DNA of 54,011 nt, filler included, from Squatina squatina (GCA_031763465.1; 3 parts of 3 records of this genome joined end to end with filler, not necessarily neighbours in it), one strand, 5' to 3'. Positions 37,344 through 50,700 are shown, counted from the first letter of the whole stretch. Translations and numbers: made by a program. Notes: generated by a model from the letters alone, not told the origin.

Positions 37344-37384
37344 TCCTCTACTTTTATCTGTACTCTGCAGATAAAAGTAGAGGA
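37344..37384. repeat. Perfect 17-bp inverted repeat with 7-nt loop
   Basis: TCCTCTACTTTTATCTG-tactctg-CAGATAAAAGTAGAGGA. Confidence 0.95.
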
Positions 37385-38498
37385 GAGAGAATCAGCGAGA
37401 GAGTGGCCACAGCGATATGGAGGAAGACACTGTAGTCTGGCTCAATTAGACACAGCTGTTTGTTTTTTTAATTAAGTGCAGTATTCCCAGAATATTTTAT
37501 AACCTTTTGGTGTTGGGAACAAGTCAAATTCATTCAACATAAAACAAACCATTCACAAGAAAATCATCTAGTTTGTTTACTGTGGATGATTAATTGTGTT
37601 TGTTCTGGATCATTAATTGCATGGACTCGTGCTGACATTTTCTGGAGAAACAAAGCACCCAAAATAAATAAATTGAATATTTTTATTTTAGCTCATTCTT
37701 GGCCAAAGTGGCTAAAGCCAGATGTGAGTTCTCCTTCAGTCAATTTACATGACATCATTATACATCAATGGCTGCCTAATCAAAGTATAAATTACAGTAT
37801 TATTTCAGGGATTTTTTTGAATATCAGGTAGCATAATTTTGCAGCCTGAATTCACTATAATGAAGACAGATGTCTTCCAAAATAAGCCGTTTTGAGGTTG
37901 CTGAAAGCAGAAAAGACCTGGGGAATTTGTCCTTGTGGTGTGGGGGGTGGAGGCCATGAAATGAAAAGCAAAGTTTATGTGTTAACTAGGAACTATAATT
38001 GTGTAACAACTCTTAAGTTCTTTAAGGGTCTTTTCTGTGAAATTTGGCACCCTAGCGCCGGCTGATAAGGCTGGTTTCAGAGAAAAAATGGCAGCTGCCT
38101 CGCTTCTGTCCACTTCTGACAGGTCTCGTGGTGGCTGCCATTTTGGCTAGGTCGGCAGCGCTTGCTGGTAAAATGGTAATGAGGCAGATCGTGATATCAA
38201 TCAGTGTGCAACGCTGATTTAATGCATGACTGACCATTTTCGCCGTCACCGCTCCATTCAACCCCTCTCCAAATCACATCTGTGTAAGTTTCTGCAACTG
38301 TTTGGAGCTTTCTACAGTTATTTACAGTTGGTGAGTTGACAGGGAGTACTGCTACAAGTGGAGAATGCCTTGTTCTGCTCAGACTACTTGCTGCCAGTNN
38401 NNNNNNNNNNNNNNNNNNNNNNNNNNNNNNNNNNNNNNNNNNNNNNNNNNNNNNNNNNNNNNNNNNNNNNNNNNNNNNNNNNNNNNNNNNNNNNNNNN

Positions 38499-39000
38499 TG
38501 GCACCCTGCACCATGGGGAAGCATATAATCCATGCAAACCCTCAAGCTCGCTCCAGCCGCTTGTCTCTGGAAAGACTGAATAAGATTAAACTGTTTCTCT
38601 GTGAGAAAGCCTCAGTGGTGCCCCTTATGTAACAGTGCACTGCTAACTGAAAGATGTTGCTTATATTTCCAGCAGCAGCCTGAAAGTTTAAGAGCCACGG
38701 TCACCTTGACAGCCAGAGGCAATGCTGTCCTTGCTTTGCTTTGAGGTTGCAGTTGTGGCGGCACCAGTTCACAGATTTCAGTTATAATCTCTTTGGCGAA
38801 GCAAAGGTGTCTCATACATAGGTCCTTGCTGAAGTTGATGTAAGAGATTTGGTCCCTAAAAATGCTGGGCAGATATGGCCTCCTGCTGAGAGCCCTTTTT
38901 CCCCTCCTCCTCCTCCGTCTTCCAGCAGCTTGTCCTGCTCTGTGTGGCCTCTCTTCATTCTGCCAGTCATGCTCAATTCCCAGAAGAAGCCTTATCAGGA
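38499..39000 (-). mobile_element. PIF/Harbinger (HARBI1-like) transposase remnant, N-terminal half, pseudogenised
   Basis: RRPYLPSIFRDQISY...FAKEIITEICELV..QLQPQSKARTALPLAVKVTVAL, frameshift, FQAAAGNISNIFQLAVHCYIR...FPMVQGA, leading up to the expected IDCTH catalytic motif, which is lost in the gap. Confidence 0.8.
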
Positions 39001-39736
39001 AGCAACTTGTTTCAGCAGAAGCTTTTAAATTAACTGAAAAGTACTTCAGCACCAGCCAGACCACACCCTGTAGACTATTCAAACTTTAGACAAGTATAAG
39101 AAAGCTCGAAAAATACACACAATTGCACCAGCAGCCAGAAGAAATATTCGGCAATTAACCCTTAAGTGGTTCCTTTAAATAACACTGGTGGGGGGGTGGC
39201 GGGGTCCTTCATTCCATTTAACGTCATGTTCAGCTCTGCAAGGTTAAGGCAGGGCACTGACTGGAGTGTGCAGTTGAAAAATTGCAGCATGGCATATCTG
39301 TGTTGCATGCTGATTCACGTCATGATCTGCCTGCTCTGTATGCTGCCGGAGGTCATTAGGTGTACACGTGCAAACCCCTTTACCAAGATGGCACCCTGCT
39401 TACTTCCCGTCGGAAGTGTGCGCGCACATCTCTGACCCATTTTCAAACGTTAGGTGGCCGTGTAACACCTAAAAAAACTACTGCTACACAGCCCAAATTA
39501 GGGACTATAGGGCACCTAGTTGGTGCCTTACCGCTGGTGCAAAAATAGCGCAAAATTGGCAGTAGGGGTCCAACGCCATTTTTCTGCGATAATTGGCCCC
39601 GCTGGACAATTGGCATGGGACCAGCGCTGCCACTACATGAGAGGTGCTGCTGGATTGCCGCAAACACGGCGCCGGGTGCTGGATGGCGTGGTTGACATCA
39701 TCAGCTGGCGCTGCGCTAAAAATGGCTGCCCGCTGT

Positions 39737-39836
39737 NNNNNNNNNNNNNNNNNNNNNNNNNNNNNNNNNNNNNNNNNNNNTTAATTAATTAANNNNNNNN
39801 NNNNNNNNNNNNNNNNNNNNNNNNNNNNNNNNNNNN
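39737..39836. other. Artificial scaffold linker N44-TTAATTAATTAA-N44
   Basis: Same construction as 23468-23567. Confidence 0.97.
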
Positions 39837-40052
39837 CTGACAGGCTAAATACATTAGAAAACTGGGTTGAATCTGTTTTAGAGATTGTATTCAGTGCTGA
39901 ATGGCCAATTTACATTCACTGATTTACACTGGTTCAATTTGAGTATCCTGAGCTGAAGGTGATTTGTTGTTGCTAATGAAATAAGAAAATGTGGACTCAT
40001 CTTGCCTTAGCCACGAGCAGAAAATTGAACGTCCTTTTTGCTTTATTTGTAG

Positions 40053-40137
40053 GAGAGTGTTCTATAGCCGCCTACAAGAAGACAATCCAACTGGATCTTG
40101 GAGCAATTACAACAACCCCGTGTTTGAAGATTCATGA
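40053..40137 (+). CDS. Terminal coding exon of a PARM1-like type I membrane mucin (RVFYSRLQEDNPTGSWSNYNNPVFEDS*)
   Basis: tcctttttgctttatttgtag acceptor, phase 2, TGA at 40135-40137; resembles the recalled PARM1 tail [27 protein letters not shown]. Not in the ORF track. Confidence 0.75.
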
Positions 40138-43100
40138 CAATAACTTTAAAAAAAAATTGTTAATTGTATTTACAATAGACATTAAGCCACAAATGTACAT
40201 AGCAAGATATTTTCTCCGAATGCAGTTTTTTTGTTTGAAGGTGAAAAACAAAAAGGGGGTGAAATTAGTTTTCAGTGCTAGCAAAAATGTGCAATTACAA
40301 ATCAGCAGCCCTCTTTACACCCCACTTGATTTTCTTTTGCATTGGCTTCAATTGCCCATTTTGCATTCCTGCCCAAGACCAATCTTATCCCAAGTACTTT
40401 ATACCTGTAATTTATTTTGTAATTCTCGGAATTCACAATGTTTAAGTTAACAGCATCAAGCGTACTTGTCCAAGCTATTAAATTACAGCGGCAGATCTTT
40501 CTTGTATAGCAACTGCAACCGAAACTGATGTTTTATATATGAATTCTGTAAGCTTGTTTTTGCAAATGTAGGCTACATTCTCTCCAAACCTGCTTAAACA
40601 GGATATCAGCTGTGCATAGTTGAAATGCACTTTACTTTTTGCTGATCTGGATCATTTTAAAGTGTTAAGCTTTGCTTTTTTAAACTAGGTTATTGTTACG
40701 CATGCACAGCAAATTTGACTGAGTGCAAACTAGAGTGTAGAGAAACGGTTACAGTACCTAAGAGGAGTATGAAGCTTCAGTGTTTTAGTGGTTTACAAAT
40801 CTTTTAAAAGAAACAGCAACTTAGTGTGTTCAAAAGATAAAGGGCTGCATTTTCCCGGATCCCACAGGGTGCGGGGAGACCCGGTAGACGGCGGGAAACC
40901 CGAAGGTTCGGNNNNNNNNNNNNNNNNNNNNNNNNNNNNNNNNNNNNNNNNNNNNNNNNNNNNNNNNNNNNNNNNNNNNNNNNNNNNNNNNNNNNNNNNN
41001 NNNNNNNNNNNAAACACTTTGTGGCCAACATAGGGCAGGCCAACCTTGGTTGCACAGTATTAATGCTAAAGTTTCATCAAATAAAGGGACTTTGATTTCA
41101 GGCAAACTTGACTTATCACTGATGCATGATTATAACATCAGTCAAGTTACCATAAATGTAAAGACTGTAGAGTTGACCTAGAATAGTTAGTGAATTCCAA
41201 ACTACTGCTACCTTTTATTAAGGATGTTCGCTTTATTCTATGAAAATACCTCAAATGAAAAGGATTAAGCTATAAAGACTGTCAGGAATCAAGATGTATA
41301 CATTTTAATTATAGATTTAAACAGAAAAGAGAAACATGGTTGTGCTTCTTCTCAAAGATATGTCCGATAATCATAACCTATCCTACTTTCTTTACATTGC
41401 CTCTCTAATATACAGCAAGTATTGATGAGGTGTTTGTAGTGTGCAAAATGACAAATATATTGATGTGGTGACTGGGTTCAATGCTTGGCTTGGAATTTTT
41501 AAGGAAAGTATATACCAGACGTATGTTTAAATGTATTATTAAATATGACTTTCAAGCACCATCGCGGAATGCGTGCTTAGTCTCATAGTTTGAGAACACA
41601 ACATTTCAATCAAGAATTAAACTGTAATAATTCAGCCCTGCACATAAATGAGAGAGAGTCTTGATGATGCAGAACAATGATGGTGGAAGCTGGACTGTTC
41701 TTCATGAATGTTGGTGACAGAATTTCATTAAGAACAGAAATTAATGAAAGAGAAACATATGATTTTACCAATCATGCAGGTATAACTTTAACATGATATC
41801 ACAATACAAGTTTCTATACCAAAATAATGTTTACTGTCAACTCTATTAATAGATTTAGTGCATAATACTGTGCGTCAAAAATAATTTAATGAAGAATTTC
41901 TCTCTGAAAGGAAATTTGAGCCATTAGGGTGGAGAATTTTCACTTCTTCCATCAGTTAACCTGTGAGAAAAACAAAGAATGTTGTTTACATTCATTCAGA
42001 TTCCAGTAATAGCGTATTTGTATTTGGACGAGATACTATGACTTGAGATTTAAGTTGAACTCTTTTTTTGGTTAGCTTGGTGTCTAACACATACAAAAAT
42101 ATATCACCATATTTAAGAATTTCTAGACAATGCTACTAAGAAATCCACAGGTAGAATTTTGGTTTCTCCAATATGGAGTGTGAACTCTCTCCCTACAGGG
42201 ACTCACCCTGATTACTTAAGTCTAGAGTATTTAAGTCCAAGTTTGCAAAAGCCAAGGCCTAGGAACCTCAAGCCGACACAGAGGTACTGCTGAAGGTTAA
42301 GCAGCTAAAACCGCACACTTTACCAGCAGAGATCAATGGTAATGTTTATGCTGCTTGTCCAAACAAGACTACTATACTCATTAGGGCATTGTCTTGCAGA
42401 GTTATCTGAAATCAAGTGGGTCAAAATCTGGCCTCCATGACAGATCTACTTCTCCAGGCTCCATTAGTGAACCAGGCCAGCTGATCAATCATCAACAGTG
42501 CCCTGGATTACTGTGGCCCTGTTTAGCTCAGGGATTAATGAGTCTGCTGCAGAGGGTTGCCTTGGTTTCAATCTTCCAATGTCATCTTGGAGCCAACTTG
42601 AACCCAAGGAGGCCCGACTCATCTCCCATGCAACTGCCAATATTTGCCGTCCTGTTTTGGTAATTTGACACCTGAGAGATGCAGGTTTGAGTCCTCACTA
42701 GATGGGGTAGGAGCACTATAGTGAGCAGCATAACACACCATAACATGTGTGACTACATTGCCACCATTCTTCTGACTGCCACATGGAACCATATCATATC
42801 CCACAGGATGGTGGCTCCATCAGTTGGAGGTGCGGCGCTGCGGCAGCTTGCTTCTCTGCAGCCCAATGGTGGTAGGCACTATGCCATGGCTATATGAGCA
42901 AGTGTTCTTATAGTCAGCCTCGAGGTAACTGCTTTCAGCAGCGGTCATCCCAGTTTCCTCACCAGCTTCACAATTGGGGAGTTTGTATCGTGCCAGCCCC
43001 CCTTGATGTTGCAAATATTCAAGTCCAATGCCAGGTTCCAGACTTGCTCATTATCAGCTGTTTAATCCCGGCCTTCATGTGAAGGGCTTTAGCAAAGAGC

Positions 43101-44790
43101 CATACTCTCCAGGGTCTGGTTGGTGTAAGTTGGAGCCCTCTCCCTGCAATTGTTTACCCTGCTTTTTTTTGCCATAAATCCACCTCACAGCTTCCCCTGG
43201 ATCTCATGTGGGTTTGAAGAAACGCTTCCACTGCATGCCTAGGAGTACTGAACCATAGAGAGAACTGTGTGGACACATCTTGTATGCAACAAGCTGAACC
43301 TGCACTGGTCCTTTTTGTCTCTCTACAATGACAGCAAAGGCCAAGATACATTTTGCTCCTCCTCAGTGCGATCCCAGGGAACTGTGTCCAGACTGGAGTT
43401 GACAGCCACCAAGTACTCTTATGAATCAACGGTTGGGACAGATGCCCTGTATCCTCAAGATTTCCTTGAGCCATAAATACCGCACTTGGCGACACCAACC
43501 ACCATATCCCACTTGTTAGCTTATTGCTCAAGATAATGAGTCTGCCATTAACACTATAGCTGTGAGGAATGCCACAGCGCTTTCAGAAATGCCCAGCGCA
43601 GACACTCTGAAACCATCGTNNNNNNNNNNNNNNNNNNNNNNNNNNNNNNNNNNNNNNNNNNNNNNNNNNNNNNNNNNNNNNNNNNNNNNNNNNNNNNNNN
43701 NNNNNNNNNNNNNNNNNNNCATTAACTACAGTGATCAAATGAAATAGACTCCATTTCTATTACAGGGGATTCTAGGATCTTTCCTAATATTCTGGGGATT
43801 GAATTCTGTGATTCAATTTTTCTGTGAAAACTGCAAATCAATGGCCTTTGCTCATCAGCATCTTAAAGGGACTATATCCATGGTGATTCTCTCGACTGAC
43901 AACTTAGGCATACTTCTATATACAGAGCATACTGAATGATTCATTCTAAGGCTGTCCTTTTTGTATCATTGTGAAGTTTAAGTTCATATGCTGTGTGTGT
44001 TTTCAGTTCTGATTCAGCAAAGTGTAGTCCAACAAAGGAGAGACTGTACCTTTAATTGTCCAAAATTTTATTTGAATTTAATGAGCTGGACTTGAACACT
44101 TCAGTAAATTATACATCTAAACACAATTTTATTAGTGCTGATTTGATTAGATTTGTATATTTAAAATAATCATTCCCCTTTTCAATATACAATGCCACAA
44201 GATTACAATCAAATCTGCATGATACTTATTTTCAGATAATACTCTTCATAAAATATTCCATGCATTTCTTCTAAGTTGGTTAATTTGGTTCAAAGTAAAT
44301 TTTTCAGTAATACTACTTTGCACAGTACAAGATGTTTATCAATTTTTGAAACATTTAACGGCTACTCCTATTTTTAATTCAACTTACTTAGCTTTAAGTC
44401 AAAAATGTTAAATTGTGATTTTTGATCAAATTCACTTTATTTTGTCTCTGACTTTCTTTTATCTCCAGTCTATCTCTCCAGGATGCACTGTAGACCATGG
44501 GCCAGGTCAGCACAACTGTAATATATAACTGCTGCTCCCACAGCCAATACAGCATTATCTTTCAGTGCTGTACACACATAAATTAAGGTGGTTAGAGTTT
44601 TTATTTTAAAGTTATGCACCCTTTTAAAATGTTTGAGACAATTATATTTGTACATTATTAAAAATCTTGTGCATGCATTTCCAGTGTCACAAATTTACAT
44701 TGTAAAATGTTATGTATAAATGTCTAATGAGAATTACAATGTTAAAATGTCAATACTTACCTGCAATACTAAATTGTAGTTATTGTATTA

Positions 44791-44807
44791 TGCCACTAGG
44801 AGGCACT
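44791..44807 (+). promoter_or_regulatory. Candidate CTCF site
   Basis: TGCCACTAGGAGGCACT is close to the CCASYAGRKGGCRS core (one mismatch) in an AT-rich background; motif only. Confidence 0.4.
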
Positions 44808-45339
44808 TTATCTTTTCCCCACAAATCACTCAAAATGCTTTCTGGGGAAAAGAAATTGTCCACTGTTTCTTTCCTAAGTAACTGAAACTGAGTGTCTGAA
44901 ATATGGTTTTAAAGAAATTAATAATTCATAATTACATATTTCACAATAATGATAAAACTTGTTACTTGAAATGTCTTCATCAAAGTTTTTACTTAAAGGC
45001 TTCAGCTCGCCCAAAAACCTGGGCTTAAACTTGCTATTTTTGCTCAGAATGGTCCTGTTTCTGAAGGCAGATTGCAGTGCATCCAATTCCCCCATAATGC
45101 ATCAGCAGCATTTACTCAGCTGAACAGCTGCAACATTTTTCAGCATCCAGCAGTTTCTACTCAGTTGCTTTTCTAAATTATTTTAAGAAAAGCTAGAGGA
45201 CAAACTGAATTTTTTCAATGGTGAGTTTGTGTGCTTCTGTGTGAGGGACAGAAATAATTACAAACTGTACTGATTACAACCCAGTTATTGCTTTTACTTT
45301 GCATTCTTTAAAGTTCAGAAAGCATATCAGAGACAGAGC

Positions 45340-45512
45340 GGTGTTTTTTTTCCAAAATGCTACCCAGGCATAAGACTGGCATCACAGAGCGGTCGCTCAT
45401 TATAGAAACTGCCCGATTTTAATTTCCATTGAATTTCAATTGGGTGGTATCTATAACGGACAGCCGATCTGTGATGCCAGTTTTACACCCAGCAGCAAGT
45501 TGAAAATCTACC
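45340..45512. mobile_element. Palindromic MITE (probable non-autonomous DNA transposon)
   Basis: 40-bp arms 45375-45414 and 45442-45481 are imperfect reverse complements around a central ccattgaatttcaat; weaker pairing extends to the ends. A similar, older element lies at about 40255-40391. Confidence 0.75.
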
Positions 45513-47737
45513 TGTCTTTCCTCATCCTAATGAGTTTATTTAAAAATAGTCGAATTTTAACGGAATGCCTCTTATTACCAGTGGATTATCACTTGTGTTT
45601 GGTTGCTGGTTAGAAACTGTAAACATGCTAAGTATAAAAAACTGTCAGGCAGCCGAGACGGCGGAAGAGAGATTTTCTCATCTTAATTTTTGAGTTCTTC
45701 TTTCAAATTAAAAATGAAAGCTGTTGAATTTTGAAAACAAACAAAATAGCTCTAATTATCACCTAGTTTATATTGATACTGNNNNNNNNNNNNNNNNNNN
45801 NNNNNNNNNNNNNNNNNNNNNNNNNNNNNNNNNNNNNNNNNNNNNNNNNNNNNNNNNNNNNNNNNNNNNNNNNNNNNNNNNTTCCAATTATAAGTGCTCC
45901 ACTACATGCTCATACCAGGCTTCAAATATTGCACATCCTGTTGTGGGCTTTTCTGAACACAAGAAGTTTTTGCAGGATGCACCTGAACTCACCAGGAGTC
46001 TGTCTTCAGTCCAAACCTAAAATGAAGCACAAACACTCCAGGTCAGAGAGATTCATCTAGCACCATAAAAAATTGTAATTGGTTGTACCATCGACTGTTT
46101 CAACACCAATGAAATCAGGATGTAAATTGTCTTTTACGAAGTATCAAGACTTTCCAATGACAACTGTCTTTCTCGCTCTTGCCTCAAAACCCGAGTAGAC
46201 TCTGATAATACATGGTGTTGCAGTAACCTCAGCAGATGCTGGATGGAGCCCTGGTACTGCATACATTTGCTATCAAGTCTTCCATGGTTGTTCCAACCAC
46301 CACCTTGGTCAGGAAGGTGTCATCAAGAGGAACCTCTGACCTTGGATCTATAGTTGCCCCGGCTAACACACATGAATCCAAGTAGGTCTTTGATTCAGTC
46401 GCCTCTGCTCCGGCCAACATACGTGGACCACGAGCACCTTTAGAGGTTTTCTGCATCCTCTTGAAGCCTTTATCTTATGGGGGATCTTTTGTCTGAAAAA
46501 GACCTAAAGCTGTTGGATCATTAAAGGCTTTACTCTGGAAAGTTCTTGGATGAGTACCACCCTCTTTTGAAATCATCCACCATGAAAAGATTAAGACTTG
46601 ATATCACTATGGAGACTTGGCAGCCCACACTGTTGTTTTGACCCAAAGACTACAAAAGCCTTGATTTCAACCTTCGCTTCAGAAAGGCAATTGGTACTAG
46701 GCCTTGCATGGTGTCCCAATTCAGTTGTCTTTGTCAGCTGTCTTGGTTGTTCAGTCTGCTTTGGCCAAATTACTTATTGGTCTCAAGGATTTTGCTGACT
46801 CAAGACAACACTTTGGAATCTTCCAATTCAGAATGGGGGATATACTATCTTTTGGCACGCACACCAAGGCAGATCTTGCTTGTTCAGTTTAATGCCTAAA
46901 CAGCAACTGTTTTGAGAGCAAGCTTTCCTTCTATCCCTTTTTGCTTTAGCTCATGGGTCAGTTCTGAGTCAATTGAAGTTATCAACTCATGGGGTTTTCT
47001 GTATTTCTCTTTACAACAGCTCTACGGTTGACTGTAGATTTGGTTTGGAAGGGCAAGTAAAACTTTCCTCAGGCAGGGTGGACAACATTACGGTTCCAAC
47101 GGCCACCAAACAAGCCATTTTTTTTCTGTCTTGGATTCTTCCTTGATGTTCCAAGTACTATACAGGACTGACCCAAGCCCTTGATATTTTTCAGTCTGCA
47201 AAAATGTGTCGTTGGTGCTCTTCAGGGAAGGGTGCGCAGGAATGTTCTGCTGCCTTGGATATCCTGTTCAATATATTGAACTAATTTTGTATTTTACAAA
47301 TTTCTGAGGATCTTCAGACAAAACTGCTGGGACTCCCTTCCATGAAAAAAAAACACTTTTTCTGGAACAGGATAAAGAAATGCTTGAATATTTTCAGAAA
47401 TACAAAAGCAAAATATTGATAACATTTACTTAAAAGCACACACTAAAAATTGGGGGAAAAAATCCACTCTCTTAAGGAAACTTACTTACTCTAGGGTCAG
47501 ACGTCATTATCGATTTGGGTCAAAGCAATCTGCACAGGACATCACTTGAGCAGAGACTAAATTTAATCTTTCTCGACTTTCTGCCTCAACACTCCTGTAG
47601 TGCCCATTAGTTGCATCTTTCCTAGCTTCTTTTCCAANNNNNNNNNNNNNNNNNNNNNNNNNNNNNNNNNNNNNNNNNNNNNNNNNNNNNNNNNNNNNNN
47701 NNNNNNNNNNNNNNNNNNNNNNNNNNNNNNNNNNNNN

Positions 47738-50700
47738 AAACAGAAGTTCAAAAATAACTGTTCCTGTGCTAGCCCTTTAAAACATTTTAACTTTACAAAC
47801 CACAGTACAAGTGCTACTGCACTACTTTAGAATCAATAGCTAATACTCACTTTATAAACCTTTAGGGGCCCCAATAGTATTTCTACATCAGCAAGAAAAA
47901 CTACAAGTTTTATTCTAAGAATATCTTGTAAAATGTTAATTTGGGAATTTCCTCAATGTTTCTGCACTCTCTATATAATTTCTATTGTTATTATGCAATG
48001 GGAAGCTTGCAAGTGTGCAAGGTCAGCAAGTGTCAATGTTGTGGTATTCTGTATTATCGTTGGATAATCTCAAAAAAATTATCTGCAAGCCATTTTCATC
48101 TTAAGTACATTCCAACAAAATAGTCTACCACCAAAGATTCTCAAAAGGAATTTATTAGGATTGTGAAAATACAACAAAAAATATTTCTAAAACTTCTAAA
48201 ATTAACTTCATTTCTGACAATTAAAAATTAAATCAGCACCATGCTTAATTGATATTAAATGGCAGTAAATCAGTCAAATATTTTAGGTAAAGTTTTGAAA
48301 CAGACTGGAAAGATAATGGTATCACATTTTGACACTTAGCAAGTTTTACAAACTGAGACTTTAAACTTAAAGCAAAGAAACTTACTAGCATACTATTTTT
48401 GGTTTTCTTTTAATTGGCTCCTACTCACATACTGTAAACAGTAAATTAATTCCAAATTTGACTCCTTGCCAAAAATGCATTTCTTTATGCACAAGCATTT
48501 TTCTTTGATAATAAAAGTGTCTTGCTTCAAAAAAGTTGGTAAAGATTGGAATTTACCGATTCAAATTTTAGAACTTTAACTAGTGTACATCAGTCAGGCT
48601 CGCAAAGGAAAAATGGGGGAAGAAACAAAAAGTATAAAATTAATATTTAAAAATCCCAGTTATTGCACATCACTCATCTACTAAATTTGCATCACGACAC
48701 CTTTTGAATCTGTGGCACCTTGCAAAATGACAGCTATAAATGCAGCAGGCTTCTACTCTTAACTTTTACGCACAATTCAGGCCAACTCTAGCTGCTTGGC
48801 TGCAAGTCAAATGCACTGCAAAATATAAGGTTGTGTTTTCAAACAGATAGTCCTACTCTAAAAGTCTGCACAGATTTAAATCTGAGGAAAGCCATTTTGT
48901 GGAACATTTTTGAGCCATATTAGTTGTCACTGCTTGTATGAAAATAGCCACATTTGATGTTTATTTCCATTGAGAATATGGTGGACTTCAGACAAGGCAG
49001 AGTGACTTTCAATAAATACTATTCAAGCCAGTATCAACAGCCTTGGTCTGATTAAAGCCAATGGGTCTTCGAACTGCTGCACTGCAAAGCTGCTGGCACT
49101 TGAAGCAAACTGGCAAGCACACAAATTCAAAATCACATACAATACATGAGTGGAGGTGGGGCAGGTTTCAGCTCACTACTTAAAACAAGGGCTGCCACAG
49201 CAATCGTCATATATAATTTGTAAATCATTCAAAAAAATATGTATTTTATGAAATAAGTCATCTATAATTGGATTTGTGTGAAATGTATAGTTTATGCTTC
49301 TAGTTATTAACCTCTTCTACAATCTTGCCTAAAATCGAGCAAAATTACATTTGATTACATTTACCGATCTTGTCTGCTGCAATTTTTTTTGCAAATTAAG
49401 TCTTCACCTGTGTGAAATCTGTTACGGTGTAGGTTAGATTACTTTATCCAAGCTTGGCAGTAGTATTAGATAAATCAAATTTTTCATGACTTGTTTGCAG
49501 TTATCAAACAAGGGGTGTGGGGTGGGGGCGGTGGGCGGAATCCAGCAGCAAATTTGGATGCCTGATCAAGATTTTTATTNNNNNNNNNNNNNNNNNNNNN
49601 NNNNNNNNNNNNNNNNNNNNNNNNNNNNNNNNNNNNNNNNNNNNNNNNNNNNNNNNNNNNNNNNNNNNNNNNNNNNNNNNNNNNNNNNNNNNNNNNNNNN
49701 NNNNNNNNNNNNNNNNNNNNNNNNNNNNNNNNNNNNNNNNNNNNNNNNNNNNNNNNNNNNNNNNNNNNNNNNNNNNNNNNNNNNNNNNNNNTAGTTATAA
49801 CACCGCTGCTGAAACGTTGTGCTACATGAATATAACAACTCAGATTACAGTAGCACCTAATTGTTTTTGCAAGTAGTAAAAGGCAACTGGCAGGGCAAGT
49901 ACTGGCAATGTCTGTTAAACTCAGTATTATAAAAACCATACAAAAAAATGATGCATCAAATGTTACAATAAAAATTACTTAATACATTATCATTTGTGTT
50001 GAATCTTGGAAACCCTCAAGTGGTAGATGAGAAATATCTAGATTCACAACTATCAAGAAATACCTACAATAAATGGCTAAACTCTCCCACTAAACAATGA
50101 AATATGAATGTGCTTAATGGTAATATTTAATACCCCATGTATATATTTTACTGTACAAATGTTCAAGAAAGATTCAAAACATTTCTTATGCAAGGTGTGG
50201 CTCTGATTCAAATGACTTGAGCCAGGAATTATTGTTTACACATGTTTAGAACAATGCAGCCCTTGCTTTACTCACGACAGAAAAGCATAGTTCTGAAAAC
50301 TTTACCACAATGGTAGTAGAATTCTATAAACAAACCACACAAAAGCCAAATGGTCTAAACTATATAACAAAGAATTTTATCTCTACATAATCCCAAATGA
50401 CAAGGTCACAACTGACTGAAGAACTACAGAAAGAAAGCTGGGGAAAGCCCAGAAAGAACAAAACAAGACCTTTTACAGTGATTAGTGATCGAGAATGTAT
50501 GTAATACTTTCAACTTGCCAGCAACAGATAATCCACATGAATGCAACAGTCACTAGCAACTAGTAAGACATGTAAAACATTTTTATAGGTTGTACTGCAA
50601 AAAGAAAACAAACCAATTATGTATATAATGTTAATACTGTGATACTATAAAGTGCAGAATAATCTGTGCCTTTAGAATGTTCTAAAATACAATCTTAACC

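Noticed and set aside
42390-43619. Relatively GC-rich, coding-like region
   Set aside because: Only short ORFs in all frames and no motif I can name; likely old TE debris.
45900-47360. Possible decayed large exon or retroelement on the minus strand
   Set aside because: Frequent stops and no recognisable domain; needs a translated profile search before any claim.
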